Shown one piece after another: positions 60,943-64,000 of a DNA stretch of 64,000 nucleotides. Every line of letters begins with the position of its first letter. Position 1 is the stretch's first letter. Source of the DNA: Candidatus Zixiibacteriota bacterium (lineage in GTDB: Bacteria > Zixibacteria > MSB-5A5 > GN15 > JACZUZ01); the NCBI GenBank assembly GCA_024280775.1, contig JAJRPM010000015.1, forward strand, positions 4,599 through 68,598, in the 5' to 3' direction. The position numbers and the translations under genes were made by a program. Under the pieces are notes generated by a model that did not search any database, was not told the DNA's origin, and saw nothing but the letters and a program-made list of their open reading frames with translations.

Positions 60943-61437
60943 CTATATATCCAGCGCCTCGTTTAGCATTTGTTTCGAAGATGATATTGTTGCGATGTTC
61001 GCTTCATAAGCGCGATTCGCCGCAATCATATCCACCATTTCGTTTATCATTTCAATATCCGGCATCTGAACATACCCGTCCTCATTCGCATCGGGATGAC
61101 TGGGGTCAAAAACCAATTTGAAACTTGATTCCGGATCACTAATTTCCTTGCCGCTGACCTTGTTGGTGTCCTTGGCGTCATTCAGTGAAATAATCTGCCC
61201 TTTGAGGTGGCGAGAGTTTGTCCGAGAGAGTTTGTTATGCGCGGTACTCATCGCCTCGCTGAATTGAGGACGAGAATTGGCTTCACTGACTACAACTCTC
61301 TGGCGACGATACGGCCCGCCCTCGGCGGTTCGGGAGGTGTCAATATTCGCGATGTTTTCAGATACGACGTCCATCTTCTGACGTTGCACTGTCATCCCGG
61401 TAGATGCGATATCTATGGCTTTGAATATTCCAGACAT
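60943..61437 (-). CDS. flgC: Flagellar basal-body rod protein
   Basis: SENIAN, GGPYRR, DPSHPDA, EMVDMI.A.RAYEAN. Confidence 0.96.
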   Translation of the reverse strand: MSGIFKAIDIASTGMTVQRQKMDVVSENIANIDTSRTAEGGPYRRQRVVVSEANSRPQFSEAMSTAHNKLSRTNSRHLKGQIISLNDAKDTNKVSGKEISDPESSFKLVFDPSHPDANEDGYVQMPDIEMINEMVDMIAANRAYEANIATISSSKQMLNEALDI

Positions 61438-61488
61438 TTTCTATGCTTCCTTTTTCTCAACTTAACAATGGAATTGATAGTAGTGACA

Positions 61489-61908
61489 CTACTTGGTTCC
61501 AGTAATCGCCTGTCGCAAGCCGTTGAATTTGTTTTTCAGCATTCTCGCCGCGACAGTGTAGCTGATTTGGTTTGTTGAAAGTTTGGTCATCTCTTTGTCG
61601 ATATTCACTCTGTTAACGCCATTGCTCGGGGATTTCTTATCTACAACTATTTTGGCGCCGCCGTTTTTGCCTACACCTATCGGAATGTGTCTCGCATTGG
61701 TAGTGACACCTTTAAGACCTATGCCTTCGCCCTTTAAGCGCTGGAATTCTTTCTGAAAATCTATGTCTTTGGCTTCATAACCCGGAGTGAGAACATTAGC
61801 GACATTTCCGGCTGTTAGCTTGTGTCGTAGTGATGTCAGATTCAGATAATTTCTGAATTTCGGCACCCCGACTTTGTTGAGAATAGCGTCTTGAATAATG
61901 TTACTCAT
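61489..61908 (-). CDS. flgB: Flagellar basal-body rod protein
   Basis: NVAN..TPGY...D..F, N.VNIDKEM. Confidence 0.93.
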   Translation of the reverse strand: MSNIIQDAILNKVGVPKFRNYLNLTSLRHKLTAGNVANVLTPGYEAKDIDFQKEFQRLKGEGIGLKGVTTNARHIPIGVGKNGGAKIVVDKKSPSNGVNRVNIDKEMTKLSTNQISYTVAARMLKNKFNGLRQAITGTK

Positions 61909-62009
61909 AATGAACTACCCGGCTTTGATTCTATTCTTATATACTTTCGCCAATCTATTGGCTTTCGATATACAGGGCGCCGATACGGCGGTCTCCCGCA
62001 ATCCGGTAT

Positions 62010-62026
62010 TGCAACTTGGGCGCCAA
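62010..62026 (-). promoter_or_regulatory. sigma54 -24/-12 promoter of flgBC-fliE-J
   Basis: Minus strand TGGCGC-CCAAG-TTGCA. Confidence 0.8.
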
Positions 62027-62161
62027 CGGCGCTCAATTGCGTAATTCGTTGTGTATGAATGTGTTAGCTGTCGCTTCTGAGGAACGACCAAGAGGAAGTA
62101 TGAAGATTATTCCCACCTGAGTGGACAGATTTTCCGTACTGATATGCGGATGCGTGCAGTA

Positions 62162-62956
62162 TTACGGTTTGCGGTTTTTGACAAACAAGGCTGAGCTAGG
62201 CTCTTTACGCGAGAGGGAATTGGTAAGGACGACGACATCGACTCTGCGATTCTTAGCCCGATTCTCAGGTGTGTTATTGGGACGTATTGGTCGGTATTGC
62301 CCATAGCCCAACGCCGAGATTCGCCGACCGGAAAGACCGTGGGCGTTTATGAAGTAACGAACAACTTCGGTCGCTCGGGCTGAGGAGAGTTCCCAGTTGG
62401 ATGGATACTTGCCGGTAGCAATCGGCGAGTTATCTGTGTGGCCCTCGACTCTGACGTGATTCGGAATTGAATCCAGTTCTGAGGCGACAAGATCAAGAAT
62501 TCGCAGGGCGCTGTTTGAAAGTTTTGCGCCGCCGGGTTTGAAAAGAGCAGATTCCATGATGTGAATCACCAGGCCGCGCTCAGTTATTTCCGCTTCAAAT
62601 TTCTTATTGTCTAGTCCCTGATCAAAGGCTTTTTGCTCTATTGAGCGAAGCATGACACGATTGCGATTGATTTTCAACGGGCCGCTACCGTCTTCAGTGT
62701 CGTAATCAGGTTCGAGCAAATCCCGACTTTCACCGGAGAGAACACCTGATAGCGCTCGTGATACTTTCCCGAAGCGCTTGGCGTCCAAATGAGACATCGA
62801 AAACATGATTATGAAAAACGCCAGGAGCAAGGTTATCAAGTCTGCATAGGTTAAGAGCCACCTGTCGCGCGTGGATGAGGATTCAATCCGCATTTGATTG
62901 CGAACTGACCTCGGGAACCTTCGCTCATCGAGATTGAAATGCTTCTCGGTAGACAT
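62162..62956 (-). CDS. motB: Flagellar stator protein MotB
   Basis: WLLTYADLITLLLAFF; OmpA-like domain EGHTD, NWELS..RA, NRRV. Confidence 0.95.
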   Translation of the reverse strand: MSTEKHFNLDERRFPRSVRNQMRIESSSTRDRWLLTYADLITLLLAFFIIMFSMSHLDAKRFGKVSRALSGVLSGESRDLLEPDYDTEDGSGPLKINRNRVMLRSIEQKAFDQGLDNKKFEAEITERGLVIHIMESALFKPGGAKLSNSALRILDLVASELDSIPNHVRVEGHTDNSPIATGKYPSNWELSSARATEVVRYFINAHGLSGRRISALGYGQYRPIRPNNTPENRAKNRRVDVVVLTNSLSRKEPSSALFVKNRKP

Positions 62957-62962
62957 TAGAAC

Positions 62963-63727
62963 CTAGTAATCCAAGTCACGCATGGAAGGTGAGAGGAATG
63001 ACTGCAAACGGCGACGAATCAATCGTGGTGTTTCACCAGCTTGAATCGCTAAGACACCCTCTGCGATAAGCTCTAATGAGGCTATCTCGTCCTCGTGACG
63101 TGTACGCAGCTTATCAGCTATTGGAATATAGACAATATTGGCCATACCCACTCCCCATAGCGTGGCTATAAACGCCGAGGCTATGGAACTGGCCATTTTG
63201 TCTGGATTGTCAACGCTACCGAGAGTGTGAACCAGGGCTAGTACAGTGCCGAGGATTCCCAGAGTCGGCGAGAATCCACCCATGCGGTTAAAGAGGTCGA
63301 TTCCTCGCTGATGACGTTGAGTCAGATAAGCGATTTCGGTATAGAGGACTTCGCGCAGAGTATTGGCGTCCACGCCATCTATTACAAGTAGTGTCGCCTT
63401 AGCAAAAAACCTATTTGATAAAGACTTTACCTCGCGCTCCAGTGAGAGAATCCCCTCTCGCCTTGAGCGCTCGGCAATATAGATAACCTGCTCAATTAGG
63501 TTGGCGTTGTCCTCACCTTTGCCAAAAAACGAGATACGTAGATAGGCTGGTATTTGGAGAACCACGCTACCATTTGCCCCTACTATTGAGACACCTATGG
63601 TTCCTCCGACGACGAGTATCATCGGGGCAAGGAGAAAGACTGACTCCGCCTCACCGCCCTCCATCCAGAAAGATGATACGACAGCGACTACTGCAGTTAG
63701 TATTCCTATTACTGAGGCAATATCCAT
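62963..63727 (-). CDS. motA: Flagellar stator protein MotA
   Basis: RREGILSLE, PTLGILGTV, AFIATLWG; start set at MDIASV. Confidence 0.95.
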   Translation of the reverse strand: MDIASVIGILTAVVAVVSSFWMEGGEAESVFLLAPMILVVGGTIGVSIVGANGSVVLQIPAYLRISFFGKGEDNANLIEQVIYIAERSRREGILSLEREVKSLSNRFFAKATLLVIDGVDANTLREVLYTEIAYLTQRHQRGIDLFNRMGGFSPTLGILGTVLALVHTLGSVDNPDKMASSIASAFIATLWGVGMANIVYIPIADKLRTRHEDEIASLELIAEGVLAIQAGETPRLIRRRLQSFLSPSMRDLDY

Positions 63728-63794
63728 ATGCTTACTTGAATCCGCCTTTCGCAGATTTGCGGACGTCCAGAATTGAAACGCCCGCTGTATTCTT

Positions 63795-63821
63795 GCATCG
63801 GCGCTCAAAATTTGAACTTTA
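63795..63821 (-). promoter_or_regulatory. sigma28 promoter of motAB
   Basis: Minus strand TAAA-N15-GCCGATGC. Confidence 0.8.
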
Positions 63822-64000
63822 GCGATTATGGGAGATAATAATTCTGCGCCAGGCTCCGGAAGAGGGCGCGAAGCCTAGCAACTACGCCAAGACTATGACT
63901 ATAGGGTGCAAAAACAAAGAGGTAGATGCCGCAAAGCAACAATGATTAACAGACTCAGTTATTCAGCGGAGGTGGAACCGTTCCCGCTCATTTTGTCAAC

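Noticed and set aside
74-63822. Numerous 60-275 aa ORFs antisense to or overlapping recognised genes (e.g. 74..766, 5806..6633, 8601..9128, 32475..32981)
   Set aside because: They are shadow frames of well-supported genes and have no recognisable motifs.

Overview
A 64-kb bacterial chromosomal window, mostly transcribed on the minus strand. The cohesin plus FlgD-Ig/T9SS-type tail protein, dockerin-like lipoprotein and diderm flagellar L/P rings suggest an FCB-associated lineage such as Zixibacteria; this is an inference. The left half is housekeeping: copA, two paralogous lipoproteins, hrcA-grpE-dnaK-dnaJ-prmA with a CIRCE operator, xseA-xseB-ispA-[SIR2]-dxs-nadK, uppS-cdsA-ubiA-like-nlpC-uvrC, rplM-rpsI-rpsB-tsf-pyrH-frr, mtnA and a SprT protease, followed by a nest of REP-like palindromes. 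The right half is a flagellar cluster: motAB, flgBC-orf-fliEFGHIJ, flgFGAHIJ, flgN-flgK-csrA-orf-flgL-fliW, a four-gene glycosylation island and a 725-aa flagellin. Much of the regulatory wiring is readable from the DNA: two sigma54 promoters sharing upstream motifs, four sigma28 promoters and a CsrA hairpin in the fliC leader. The most unusual items are three uncharacterised small flagellar-cluster genes (a near-leaderless sigma28-driven Cys-rich 75-aa protein, a 57-aa ORF in frame behind csrA, and a 128-aa ORF with a FlgM-like N-terminus), the absence of flgM at its usual site, a stand-alone SIR2 gene inside the isoprenoid operon, and a DxxGD-type UbiA prenyltransferase in the usual dxr position. 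No tRNA, rRNA, CRISPR array or transposase was recognised.
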